The notes under the pieces are model-generated. The model was not told the DNA's origin. It ran no database searches and saw nothing but the letters and a program-made list of their open reading frames with translations. From a virus (lineage: Duplodnaviria > Caudoviricetes): DNA of 64,000 nt. Each line of letters opens with the position of its first letter. Position 1 is the first letter of the stretch. Of this stretch, positions 9,114 to 17,681 are shown in pieces. The DNA lies in IMG/VR virus record IMGVR_UViG_3300011979_000363, positions 24,775-88,774 of that record. One strand, written 5' to 3'. A program made the translations under genes and the position numbers.

Positions 9114-9642
9114 TATCGTCTAATGGTAAAATGATGTTGTCATAACAGCGTGCTGTGTCTTTCTTTGTAATACTTGTGATCTTTTTTGTTTTACAAACCT
9201 TTCTAAGTCTTGTGTATATGGCTTTGTTCTCGTCTACAAGGAGTCTGTCAAGTTTTTGAATGTTATTAAACATCAATGCCCTGTTATGCTTCCATCCGTC
9301 TCTTGTGTCAGAGATTACTTCCATTTTCAGAAGCCTTTTGAGTATTATTCTTACCGTACAGCTTGTTATTCCAGCCCTTTGTGCTATCTCATCAACAGTC
9401 AGTTCACATCTGGCTTTTTCCATTGTGTCCTGAATTATCACAGAGATTACTTTAAGTTCGCCTGGAGTGAGGTAAAACAATAAGATAGTCGGAATAACTG
9501 TTACATCTCCAGTAAACGCTGTTTCCAGTACAGGATCTTCTACAACCTTATATTTGATTTTAGGGACTGAAATTGTGCGTTGTACGTTACGTGGGTTTAC
9601 CGTAACTTTAATCTTTGGTGGTTTGTCTTTTCTATTCCTCAT
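9088..9642 (-). CDS. winged-HTH DNA-binding protein
   Basis: LTPGELKVISVI...LTVDEIAQRAGITSCTVRIILKRLLKMEVIS. Confidence 0.75.
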   Translation of the reverse strand: MRNRKDKPPKIKVTVNPRNVQRTISVPKIKYKVVEDPVLETAFTGDVTVIPTILLFYLTPGELKVISVIIQDTMEKARCELTVDEIAQRAGITSCTVRIILKRLLKMEVISDTRDGWKHNRALMFNNIQKLDRLLVDENKAIYTRLRKVCKTKKITSITKKDTARCYDNIILPLDDIEENEEYN

Positions 9643-9793
9643 AAGAAGAAGATTATATGTGAACTGCTTTCATCAATTGTAAAAGCGGCTGTATGACAAC
9701 CACGATGCAAAGATAGCTAAAATTTTGGTATCTTTGCGCATTTCAACCAATTATTTTCTTTATATTTGCAGAAATAATTGATTATAGCAGCTT

Positions 9794-10645
9794 ATGAAGA
9801 GACAAGAGCAAGTCGTTAAGTATCTTTCAAAGCATCATTTTGGTGATGCGGATTGGAAAAAGGTTTTAACATGGTGTAGATCCGCTTTTGGGGGTGGTAA
9901 TATTCATAGATCCATTAAGCCAGTTGCTGAGAGCAATTTTCAGACTTTCATGGATTGGCTTGAACATGGTATAGGAATAGGTGATGTCGTTATTGGTAAT
10001 AACTTTACAGGCATTGTAGGAAACATTCAAAACGATGAGTTATGTCTTTCAGCTTATGTAGATGACAATCTATGTATTAAAGAAAAGTCTGTACGTTTGA
10101 GTGATGTAAGATTAGCTGATGCAGATACAAGTCATTCTTTTTTGCAATTGTTACGAGACAATGGCTATGCTTTCTCATTCAGTACATGCAGTTGTATAAA
10201 GATATGGCTTCCTGATGATGGAGACTATGTAGTTGCGAGATATGGCCGTAAGGTAAGATTAGGAATTTTTGCAGGCTTTACAGAAACTGGGTGTGCCTTT
10301 TATGTAACTATAGAATATAACAAATGCAAATTCAGGCAGATGGTAGAAAGTCAGAACATAGAATTTGACAAAGCTACTAAAACTGATAGTGATAAGATTG
10401 ATCGTCTGCTTGCTTCTGTTGGTTTGGTATGGAATGCTGAAAAGAATACTTTTGATAACGTTCTCAGTAAACGTGCTGCTAAGAACCATAGGTATTGGTA
10501 TCTATCAGAAACGTTTACCATAAAAGCAGACTTTGATCTAAGTCGTAAATTAGATGATGCGAGATTTTCATGTGGCAATTATTTCTTAGATAGCCAAGAA
10601 GCCTATAAGTTTGCACAAGAGGTAAAGTTGTTGAGAAACCAATAA
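9794..10645 (+). CDS. hypothetical Bacteroidales phage protein
   Basis: 283-aa ORF; C-terminal RYWYL...D..RF..GNYF...EA motif recalled from Bacteroidales phage proteins. Confidence 0.75.
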   Translation: MKRQEQVVKYLSKHHFGDADWKKVLTWCRSAFGGGNIHRSIKPVAESNFQTFMDWLEHGIGIGDVVIGNNFTGIVGNIQNDELCLSAYVDDNLCIKEKSVRLSDVRLADADTSHSFLQLLRDNGYAFSFSTCSCIKIWLPDDGDYVVARYGRKVRLGIFAGFTETGCAFYVTIEYNKCKFRQMVESQNIEFDKATKTDSDKIDRLLASVGLVWNAEKNTFDNVLSKRAAKNHRYWYLSETFTIKADFDLSRKLDDARFSCGNYFLDSQEAYKFAQEVKLLRNQ

Positions 10646-10649
10646 AGAA

Positions 10650-10671
10650 AGCCCAGCCGTAAAGCTGGGCT
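10650..10671. terminator. hairpin terminator between convergent genes
   Basis: AGCCCAGC-cgtaaa-GCTGGGCT. Confidence 0.75.
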
Positions 10672-10677
10672 AACCTG

Positions 10678-11457
10678 TTATGCCAAGAATTGATTGAAAA
10701 TTTCGTCATTAGAGACAACGATTGGAGACTTCTGGTGATGAGCTTTGTTCCAGTCTATGACTTTCAAGGCTGAGAAGAGATATTGCGTTGTCGGTTGCCT
10801 TGTAAGTTGAACTTTATCATTGAAGCACGACTCGTCATCTTCTTTGGAAGTGTACAAGTCTTTGGAACATTCTTTGCGGAAGATGTTATAGTCACGGCTT
10901 GTTGTCTTCTTGCACCATAGATACCAGATGTACATTGTTACTTCCATGTCTGTCAGCTTATCCCATCCATCGTTTGTATCATCCTCTGCCATTTGAATGA
11001 CTTTTTCCAGATAGATTTTATTCTGGACAAACTTCTCATTTAGCGTTAGTTCGTGGCTTTGTTCAATATTGAGTATGCCTGTTCTTTCGATAATGACATT
11101 ATCATCCTTGACTGGGAAGTTGAACACAGACAACAACGCTTTTCTATCTAATTTTCTTCCATTGCGTATCGAGTAGCCTTGTCCCCAAACGTCTATTTGC
11201 AAGTCGTAGTCGAGTGCGTCACAAAATTGTTCATAGGCATTCTTAAATGTTTTATCATACAAGTCTTTATCAATAGTCCACCCCCATGTCGTTTCAGGGT
11301 CGAACATATTGTCATCATCATCTTCTTCCGGCTCATGCAGCTCGAAGATACAACTGAGCATATAAGCTGCATAAAGCTTATAGGGATTTTTGGCGATGCG
11401 CCTTGGCTCCTTAAACATGTCATGCAGCTCATACTCTTTATATGGTTTATAGTCCAT
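10678..11457 (-). CDS. hypothetical protein
   Basis: 259-aa ORF with an acidic patch. Confidence 0.75.
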   Translation of the reverse strand: MDYKPYKEYELHDMFKEPRRIAKNPYKLYAAYMLSCIFELHEPEEDDDDNMFDPETTWGWTIDKDLYDKTFKNAYEQFCDALDYDLQIDVWGQGYSIRNGRKLDRKALLSVFNFPVKDDNVIIERTGILNIEQSHELTLNEKFVQNKIYLEKVIQMAEDDTNDGWDKLTDMEVTMYIWYLWCKKTTSRDYNIFRKECSKDLYTSKEDDESCFNDKVQLTRQPTTQYLFSALKVIDWNKAHHQKSPIVVSNDEIFNQFLA

Positions 11458-11458
11458 A

Positions 11459-11863
11459 TTAGTCTACTTTAGGTGCTTGTGATCCAAACAGAGGCACAGT
11501 CTTTGCCTTTTCGTTTGGAGCGTTTTTGTTCTCTTTTGGAGTGCTGCCTCCATCATTTGCTTTATTCCGAATCTCTTCCATCGCATTGTAGAACATGTTA
11601 ATCAAGACTTCTGATAATTTGTCGTTTGTATTCAACAATGCATTATAGGTAATATTGACAAGCATAGTCTGGAGGTCGTTGCCCATATCCGCATTCTCAG
11701 TATCGTAAAGATGTTCATAGAGAGCACACGCAACTTTCCCCATGTCGCCACTCGTTACTATAGTTGTCTCTCCGCTATCGTCAACGCCTACGATCAGCAT
11801 GTCTGTACGCACCTTGTTGTTTACTTTATTAATGAATCCTTTAATGTCCTTTTCGTTTATCAT
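11459..11863 (-). CDS. hypothetical protein
   Basis: 134-aa ORF tightly coupled to neighbours. Confidence 0.75.
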   Translation of the reverse strand: MINEKDIKGFINKVNNKVRTDMLIVGVDDSGETTIVTSGDMGKVACALYEHLYDTENADMGNDLQTMLVNITYNALLNTNDKLSEVLINMFYNAMEEIRNKANDGGSTPKENKNAPNEKAKTVPLFGSQAPKVD

Positions 11864-12246
11864 CGCTGTATAAGATTAATGTTAATGATTTCTTTGATTG
11901 TTGATAGTAAAAGTTTGATGTGCCTGTTAGCCTTGTATACTCTGGCCTGCTCAGCTTGCGGAAGGTTACTTTCCTTACTTTTGATTTTGTTGTAAGTGCG
12001 GAAGAACTCTTGCCAATATTCAAGTTGCTTATAGCACACCATCAGTTGTTCAGACTGGGTGTCGAACGGATCACCTCTGAAACGATTCTGAGACACCCAG
12101 CCCCATTTCAGTTTATTGAGGTCACAAGTGAGGAACCCTTCCACTTCTTTCTTGTTTCCCTCTATCTCATGTCCAAGCCTTGCTTCCGCTTCTGTCTTAA
12201 GCATAGGCTCAGCTTCAATCACATTTTGTACCAAATATTTCTTCAT
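11860..12246 (-). CDS. hypothetical protein (KKY....IEAEPM N-terminus)
   Basis: 128-aa ORF; N-terminal pattern common in gut-phage small proteins. Confidence 0.7.
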   Translation of the reverse strand: MKKYLVQNVIEAEPMLKTEAEARLGHEIEGNKKEVEGFLTCDLNKLKWGWVSQNRFRGDPFDTQSEQLMVCYKQLEYWQEFFRTYNKIKSKESNLPQAEQARVYKANRHIKLLLSTIKEIININLIQR

Positions 12247-12478
12247 TTGTAATTATTTTTGTTTCATGTTTTAGGAACAGTAGAGCATTGTTGTAGTTGT
12301 CAAACCAAGCGTCTACTTGTTTCATTCTTCCATCACCATTGTCTTGTAGCATCATCATAGGGACATAATACCCTATCCAGCTTTTCTTCAATGGCATGTA
12401 GCCGTTAATCTTTCTGTCACTGGTGTACGTTGGAACAATTTTGTACTTCTCAGTGAACCATTGCGTTAGTTTACCCAT
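12215..12478 (-). CDS. hypothetical protein
   Basis: 87-aa ORF in operon order. Confidence 0.6.
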   Translation of the reverse strand: MGKLTQWFTEKYKIVPTYTSDRKINGYMPLKKSWIGYYVPMMMLQDNGDGRMKQVDAWFDNYNNALLFLKHETKIITNEEIFGTKCD

Positions 12479-12489
12479 CGTAGTTAATG

Positions 12490-13146
12490 TTAAGGGTGTA
12501 AACTGCGTTCATCATTTATGTCGTTGACACTTGTATAAGCGTCAAAGTCTTTTATATCCTTTGTTGGAATGAATGCCGGACAATGCTCATCTCCTAAGCG
12601 CCATCTGAATGGAACTACAGGTTGTGGGTCATAGAACTCATTGCGATAGTTGTAACGATAGCAGTTATATCTGTCAAAGCACCGTTTGACGTTGCATCTG
12701 TGTTTAGATCGTTCCAGACTTTCCCACGTATGCTTGTTTGTAAACCATGCAGTTGGTTTAAGTTCTTCTTGATATTTTGGCGGTATCTGGGCAATAAGCC
12801 ACATGTCGTTTGTCCTATAACATTCTCCATTTTTTCTGAGTATATAATGTGTTTCTTTACTGCCCAGCCATTGTCCCGCTTTCAATGTTTTCGGATCAGT
12901 ATAAGGATATACCTGATAGTACAGGTCTCCTATTATCTCAGCGTTTTTTGGCGGAGCAAGCAAGAACAGCTTCCAGTACGCACATTCCCAGCATATCTTT
13001 TCTTTCCACATCAATCGACTGACTTCAAAGTTTTCAATGTCTCGATTGAAGTAGAATACAGATTTTCCACATTCTTTACATTTGTATTTTTGTTTAAGAA
13101 TGTATTCTGGGACATGATAGTCTGGTCTTTCCGTTCCTACGATCAT
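12490..13146 (-). CDS. Cys-rich, probable Zn-binding protein
   Basis: CKEC, CWEC and C..KRCFDRYNC clusters. Confidence 0.75.
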   Translation of the reverse strand: MIVGTERPDYHVPEYILKQKYKCKECGKSVFYFNRDIENFEVSRLMWKEKICWECAYWKLFLLAPPKNAEIIGDLYYQVYPYTDPKTLKAGQWLGSKETHYILRKNGECYRTNDMWLIAQIPPKYQEELKPTAWFTNKHTWESLERSKHRCNVKRCFDRYNCYRYNYRNEFYDPQPVVPFRWRLGDEHCPAFIPTKDIKDFDAYTSVNDINDERSLHP

Positions 13147-13733
13147 ACGTCTATAGAATTAAACACCTTATATATGTTATCATCCGTGATCCCAATATAG
13201 ATCATTGTAGTCTGGAGATTTGCGTGTCTAAAGATACGGTTCAACTCCATCAGAGCCTCAGTACTTCTGTTTCTTTTTTCATAGACGTATCTTCCAAAAG
13301 TCTTACGAAATGTGTGCGTGCTGAAATGTTCTATATTCAGTTTATATTTCTTTTTCCATATCTTCATAAGCCGATTGATATACTGGATAGACACAGGTTT
13401 GCCTTTCACCTTTTCAGACTCAAAAACATAAGTGCTAAGGTTTGGCCTATGTTCTAACTGGTACATCTTATCTATATGTTCCATTGTTTTTTCACCGATT
13501 GGAATGCCTTTTGTCTTTTGAGTTTTCTTTTCCGTAACAATGACACTTCTTTTGTCCAGAATGTCTCCCCATTTCAGTTTGCGTACATCGGAAGACCGCA
13601 GACCGAGACAGAATGACATTATACAATAGAATGCCCACTTGTATTGTTTGTCAGCAGCCAAACATTCTACAAGTCTTTTGAACTCGTTGTAATCGAGATA
13701 ATCTGCCGTTGTCAATGTTCCTTTCAAGCTCAT
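13143..13733 (-). CDS. small tyrosine recombinase (catalytic domain only)
   Basis: GLRSSDV (Arg), EKKTQK (Lys), HTFRKTF (HxxR), FRHAN...TMIYI (His/Tyr); start set at MSLKG because the longer start lies inside the promoter. Confidence 0.9.
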   Translation of the reverse strand: MSLKGTLTTADYLDYNEFKRLVECLAADKQYKWAFYCIMSFCLGLRSSDVRKLKWGDILDKRSVIVTEKKTQKTKGIPIGEKTMEHIDKMYQLEHRPNLSTYVFESEKVKGKPVSIQYINRLMKIWKKKYKLNIEHFSTHTFRKTFGRYVYEKRNRSTEALMELNRIFRHANLQTTMIYIGITDDNIYKVFNSIDV

Positions 13734-13760
13734 AGTGATATGTTTTGTTTGTTTCGGTTG

Positions 13761-13792
13761 CAAAGTTAAGAAGAAGGCTTGATAGCGACAAA
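13761..13792 (-). promoter_or_regulatory. Bacteroidetes sigmaA promoter for the recombinase operon
   Basis: minus strand TTTG-N20-TAACTTTG followed by CAACCGAAAC, the same leader start as at 56001. Confidence 0.85.
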
Positions 13793-13888
13793 TATTTTGC
13801 CGTGTTTTTTAGTTAAACGATGTTAAGAACATTGTAAGGCTATGGTATTCAATGGTTTGTAGTTTCACTTATTTGTTGTACATTTATT

Positions 13889-13917
13889 AAAAAACGCACG
13901 AGATTTCTCCCGTGCGT
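13889..13917 (-). terminator. intrinsic terminator after dUTPase
   Basis: minus strand ACGCACGGGA-GAAA-TCTCGTGCGT followed by a T-tract. Confidence 0.85.
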
Positions 13918-13937
13918 GCGCGTGTACATTATATATG

Positions 13938-14390
13938 TCACTCTTTTCCAGTGTGTCCAAAGCCACCATCTCCTCGTTCTGTATTGGAGAGGCCAGACAT
14001 ATTTTCCACTTCTACCCATTTAGCGTGTGAGACTGGCATGAACACAATCTGAGCTACCCGATCGCCTGGATTTATTGTGAAGTTGACATTGGAAAGATTG
14101 ATCAGGCAAGCCCCAATATCACCACGATAGCCATTGTCTACCGTTCCAACACCATTTACCACCATTATTCCATTCTTGGAAGAAAGTCCACTTCGTGACC
14201 TTACTTGTACTTCATACCCCTCTGGAAGTTCTACATGTATCCCAGATGGTATCAGTTTTCGTTCCATTGGGTGCAAGACTACTGGAGCTGGGATGTCAGC
14301 TCTTAGATCCATTCCAGAATCGCCTTCCGTTTTGTAATTTGGAAGTTGTTGTCCACCTGCATTAAAAACCTTTACTTTGATAATGTCCAT
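13938..14390 (-). CDS. dut: trimeric dUTPase
   Basis: motifs SGMDL, RSGL, GTVDNGYRG, DRVAQ, RGDGGFGHTG. Confidence 0.97.
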   Translation of the reverse strand: MDIIKVKVFNAGGQQLPNYKTEGDSGMDLRADIPAPVVLHPMERKLIPSGIHVELPEGYEVQVRSRSGLSSKNGIMVVNGVGTVDNGYRGDIGACLINLSNVNFTINPGDRVAQIVFMPVSHAKWVEVENMSGLSNTERGDGGFGHTGKE

Positions 14391-14410
14391 AATTGTTTTG
14401 TTTGATTAAA

Positions 14411-14749
14411 TTACTTATTTGAGTTTGTTTTGTATTCGCTTCTTTTAATCTTTATTCTTTTTGTGACTTTCACTGTCTTTGTCACGTAGATCACTGAATC
14501 AGGATTTCCTACTTGCTTGTCAAAATCTATCAGAGAAAGCACTCCGACATCATCCTGATCGAGTACATAATCTTCTGGGATAATCCTCCAATAAGCGTTA
14601 TTGGCTACATGACATCTTCCATTCAGACATTTTATTATTGATTGACGTAATGTCTTTGTGGCTTTAGCCGCTCCGAATATTGATGGAAAAATACCCACAA
14701 GTTTTAGGTCTTTCCCAAACATTGCGACTGGTTTACTTGGTAATGGCAT
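14411..14749 (-). CDS. NUMOD1-like HTH protein
   Basis: KPVAMF...LVGIFPSIFGAAKAT...SIIKCLNG; start moved to MPLPSKP to avoid a long overlap. Confidence 0.6.
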   Translation of the reverse strand: MPLPSKPVAMFGKDLKLVGIFPSIFGAAKATKTLRQSIIKCLNGRCHVANNAYWRIIPEDYVLDQDDVGVLSLIDFDKQVGNPDSVIYVTKTVKVTKRIKIKRSEYKTNSNK

Positions 14750-15200
14750 GGCTTCTATCTTTAATAATTTCTTGTAAGATCTCAGTTGGGATTCTTTCTG
14801 ATGCCAGTGAGCACACAAAGCTGTCAGAGAGTACAAAACCATTTGCCATCAGTTCACCGATAACCCCATTGAAGTATGCTGCTATTATTGGCGTTGCAAA
14901 AGACAGAAAAAGGAATGTAAGCTCGTGATGCATTAGAATGTGTCCATCCTTGTTTATATAAAAAAGCGTAGACGGATCGAGTTCATCCGCTTCTATAAAA
15001 GCCTGAATGTATCTCTTATTCATGCGCTGGAATACTTTATAGTCCAGCTCTTCCAGTTCGTTTTCCAAATAGTAATTGGTTGAATCGAACACTTCCAGTT
15101 CTGTGCCCGGAATGACACCGTACTTTAGTGTTGGAAATTCGCTAACCATTATTTTGTCACATTTGACTAACTTGTCGATTTTGTTCGTTTTATAATCCAT
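14733..15200 (-). CDS. hypothetical protein, possibly KilA-N/antirepressor-like
   Basis: 155-aa ORF; weak pattern resemblance only. Confidence 0.6.
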   Translation of the reverse strand: MDYKTNKIDKLVKCDKIMVSEFPTLKYGVIPGTELEVFDSTNYYLENELEELDYKVFQRMNKRYIQAFIEADELDPSTLFYINKDGHILMHHELTFLFLSFATPIIAAYFNGVIGELMANGFVLSDSFVCSLASERIPTEILQEIIKDRSHAITK

Positions 15201-15383
15201 TGTCTTTGTTCTTTTGCGTTTGTGTACTAATAGTCATTGCGCATTAAAAAAGTTAGACACCATCTTATTTTTCTTCGTTATTTTATGCACTTTAACTTTT
15301 CAGCAATTGTCTCATCTATATAATAATGAGTATAAATAAGTAAAAATAGTGTACAATTATTGATTACGATAATGTCGTAAAAT

Positions 15384-15396
15384 ACTATTAATTAGA
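15384..15396 (+). promoter_or_regulatory. ACTATT upstream motif (putative phage late promoter) before portal
   Basis: ACTATTAATTAGA, 31 nt before the ATG; similar copies precede many structural genes. Confidence 0.5.
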
Positions 15397-15414
15397 AAAG
15401 TATTTATAAACATT

Positions 15415-16752
15415 ATGCGTAAAAGAACTGAAAGCAACTCACATGGCAACTTTTTTAGTGATGATGCACTTATTGCATATTATAACATTGTAAAAAAGAC
15501 CATACAAGACTATACTGATGAGCTGATGCGCCGTTGCAGATATAAGAGCACCGTTAGCCAGACTGGGGACGGCACTATTATGGATGATCGCTCCAAACTT
15601 ATTGATTTGTATGATTCTTGTTATATTCAGAATGCAAGGCTTCAAAGTTGTTGTGAGACTTTGAATTCGCAGTTGACTGGTGAGCGCTATTCACTTGGTA
15701 GGATTAATGCTGATGGCAAGTTTGAACGTGATGAGGAAGAAAGTAAGAAGGCACAAGGGTTAGAGTTTGAAAAGCTTATTCAAGCTGCTATAGATGCAAA
15801 ACTCTTTGGTTATTCTCTTGTTGAGATTCTTCCAGACGTTTCTCCTGACACTGGACTCCTCAGAGAAGTAAATATTATCGAGCGTAGAAATGTCTTAGCC
15901 GACCAGAATCGTGTTGTACAACGACAAGGCATTTGGTCTCCAGGCTGGGATTTAGATGATGTTCAATTCAAGCATAACTATATTCTCATCAATACTGGTG
16001 GTTTTGGTTTGTTTGCTGCCACTACCCCATTGATTCTTGCTCAGAAGTTCGTCTTAGCCAATTGGGTTAACTTTGCCCACACCTATGGCCAACCCATCAT
16101 TCAAGGTAAGACTGTTGCTGAGGATGATGTAACCAGAAAGCGTTTGGCTTCTCAGATAGCTCGTGCTGCTACCAATAAAGTTATTGTCACTGGCAAGGAT
16201 GATGATATTGACATCAAGGCCTTCACCATGTCAAACTCTGAGAAAATATATGACAGTTTGATTGCATACGTCAACAAAGAGGTTTCCAACCTTGTGTTAG
16301 GTTCTGAAAGTATGGCCGGCGCTACTCAAAGTTATGTTGGTTCTACCAAGGCACATGAAGACATTTTCAGAGCAAGGGTTAAGAATTACCGCAAGTATAT
16401 TGAGAATGTTATGAATGAGAAAATCCTTCCAGTATTGAAATATTGGGGGTATCTCAGTCCCGATGTCGTTTTCAAGTACAACAACAAAGTAGACATGTCT
16501 AATGAGGACAAGATAAAAATCTTTGATGTTCTCACTGACAAGTATGAAGTTGATCCAGAGATCATTGATATGGAATGGGGTATTCATGTAGGCAAGCAGA
16601 TGAACCTTATGCAATATTCTTATGATGATAATGCTGATGGATTAGATGGCTCTGACAATGATCACCATATCATGTCCGATGAAGAGTATGAAAAACGATT
16701 CGGTCATCCCCGTGGTGTCAAAAACAAGATAAATTTTCTGTTGGGGAGGTAG
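15415..16752 (+). CDS. portal protein (DUF935 / Mu gp29-like)
   Basis: 445 aa, first gene of the head module; NWVNFAHTYGQP, VSNLVLG..M, STKAHEDIF, IENVMNEKILP patterns. Confidence 0.85.
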   Translation: MRKRTESNSHGNFFSDDALIAYYNIVKKTIQDYTDELMRRCRYKSTVSQTGDGTIMDDRSKLIDLYDSCYIQNARLQSCCETLNSQLTGERYSLGRINADGKFERDEEESKKAQGLEFEKLIQAAIDAKLFGYSLVEILPDVSPDTGLLREVNIIERRNVLADQNRVVQRQGIWSPGWDLDDVQFKHNYILINTGGFGLFAATTPLILAQKFVLANWVNFAHTYGQPIIQGKTVAEDDVTRKRLASQIARAATNKVIVTGKDDDIDIKAFTMSNSEKIYDSLIAYVNKEVSNLVLGSESMAGATQSYVGSTKAHEDIFRARVKNYRKYIENVMNEKILPVLKYWGYLSPDVVFKYNNKVDMSNEDKIKIFDVLTDKYEVDPEIIDMEWGIHVGKQMNLMQYSYDDNADGLDGSDNDHHIMSDEEYEKRFGHPRGVKNKINFLLGR

Positions 16753-16774
16753 TTCGTGGCGGCTACCTCTCCAA
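16731..16774 (+). other. predicted -1 ribosomal frameshift signal (portal to MuF)
   Basis: in-frame heptamer A AAT TTT (16731-37) followed by a 12-bp stem 16741-52/16763-74; the -1 frame is open into the MuF ORF. Confidence 0.65.
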
Positions 16775-16802
16775 ACAAATCATTGCCAGCGCCAAGGCTG
16801 AG

Positions 16803-17681
16803 ATGAGTGATGATGAGAAGACAAGACATCAGCAGGAGTATAACCAGCTGCTTGCCTTGTTTATAAATATCTTGAAAAATATTGAAAGCGATGACCGTGA
16901 TGACATTATATATGCTTTGATGGAACTTCGTGCTGATATTGCTATCCAGTATGGCTGTGATGGGTTTGGCATGGATGAAGAAGAAGCCTTACAATTGCTA
17001 AGAGAAACCAATGAGGATATTCTTTCTCCAGAGCAAAATGAAAAACGTAAGCGCATTATTGCGATGGTGGAAAACCTTATAGCTTTTGCTGTATGTGAGG
17101 AATACCATGTAGTAAAAGATACTTACAAAATTTATAAAAAACATAAGAAAGAAGATTCTGATTATGACATTGACTATAATGATCCAGATGATATAGACGA
17201 GTATACAGACATTAATGCTCTGTACAATGACCAGTATTCCAGTGTAGAAAATGCTGACATCATGTATGCTATGGGTATTGCTGCATGGTGGCTTGGGATG
17301 GATAAAAACGATCTGATTACTTATTGGACTATGAATGACGCAAAAGTTCGTCCTTGGCACATGGCACTTCAAGGCTATACCGCTCCAAGAGATGAATTTC
17401 CATCATGGATGATACCGCCTATCGAATGGAATTGTCGTTGCTTCTTACTTCCTGCTGAGAATGTCGATCCTTCACAGGTATGGGATAAAGCAGACTTTAA
17501 GCGTGTCGTTGGTAAAGTTCCCACTAAGCCTAAGCAGATAGATGATACTTTTTCTGAGAGTGTCGCCAAATGTGGACGGATCTTTGGGGAAACCCACAAC
17601 TATTTCAAAGTAGATAAGTCTGACAAAGATTTTCTTGATGATTGTGTTCAACGTATAAAAGCCAAGTATTATGCTTCGTAA
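16803..17681 (+). CDS. head morphogenesis protein, MuF / SPP1 gp7 family
   Basis: WTMNDAKVRPWH..LQG....PP.EWNCRC signature. Confidence 0.9.
   Translation: MSDDEKTRHQQEYNQLLALFINILKNIESDDRDDIIYALMELRADIAIQYGCDGFGMDEEEALQLLRETNEDILSPEQNEKRKRIIAMVENLIAFAVCEEYHVVKDTYKIYKKHKKEDSDYDIDYNDPDDIDEYTDINALYNDQYSSVENADIMYAMGIAAWWLGMDKNDLITYWTMNDAKVRPWHMALQGYTAPRDEFPSWMIPPIEWNCRCFLLPAENVDPSQVWDKADFKRVVGKVPTKPKQIDDTFSESVAKCGRIFGETHNYFKVDKSDKDFLDDCVQRIKAKYYAS

Noticed and set aside
11860-12246. Anti-defence (Tad2-neighbour-like) assignment from the KKY...IEAEPM start
   Set aside because: Similarity is limited to a short N-terminal pattern; not supportable without a search
13734-13763. Annotated N-terminal extension MQPKQTKHIT of the recombinase
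   Set aside because: Its start codon lies inside the -7 promoter box, so it could not be on the transcript
13790-13935. dif or att site next to the recombinase
   Set aside because: No convincing paired 11-bp arms or host-phage junction was visible
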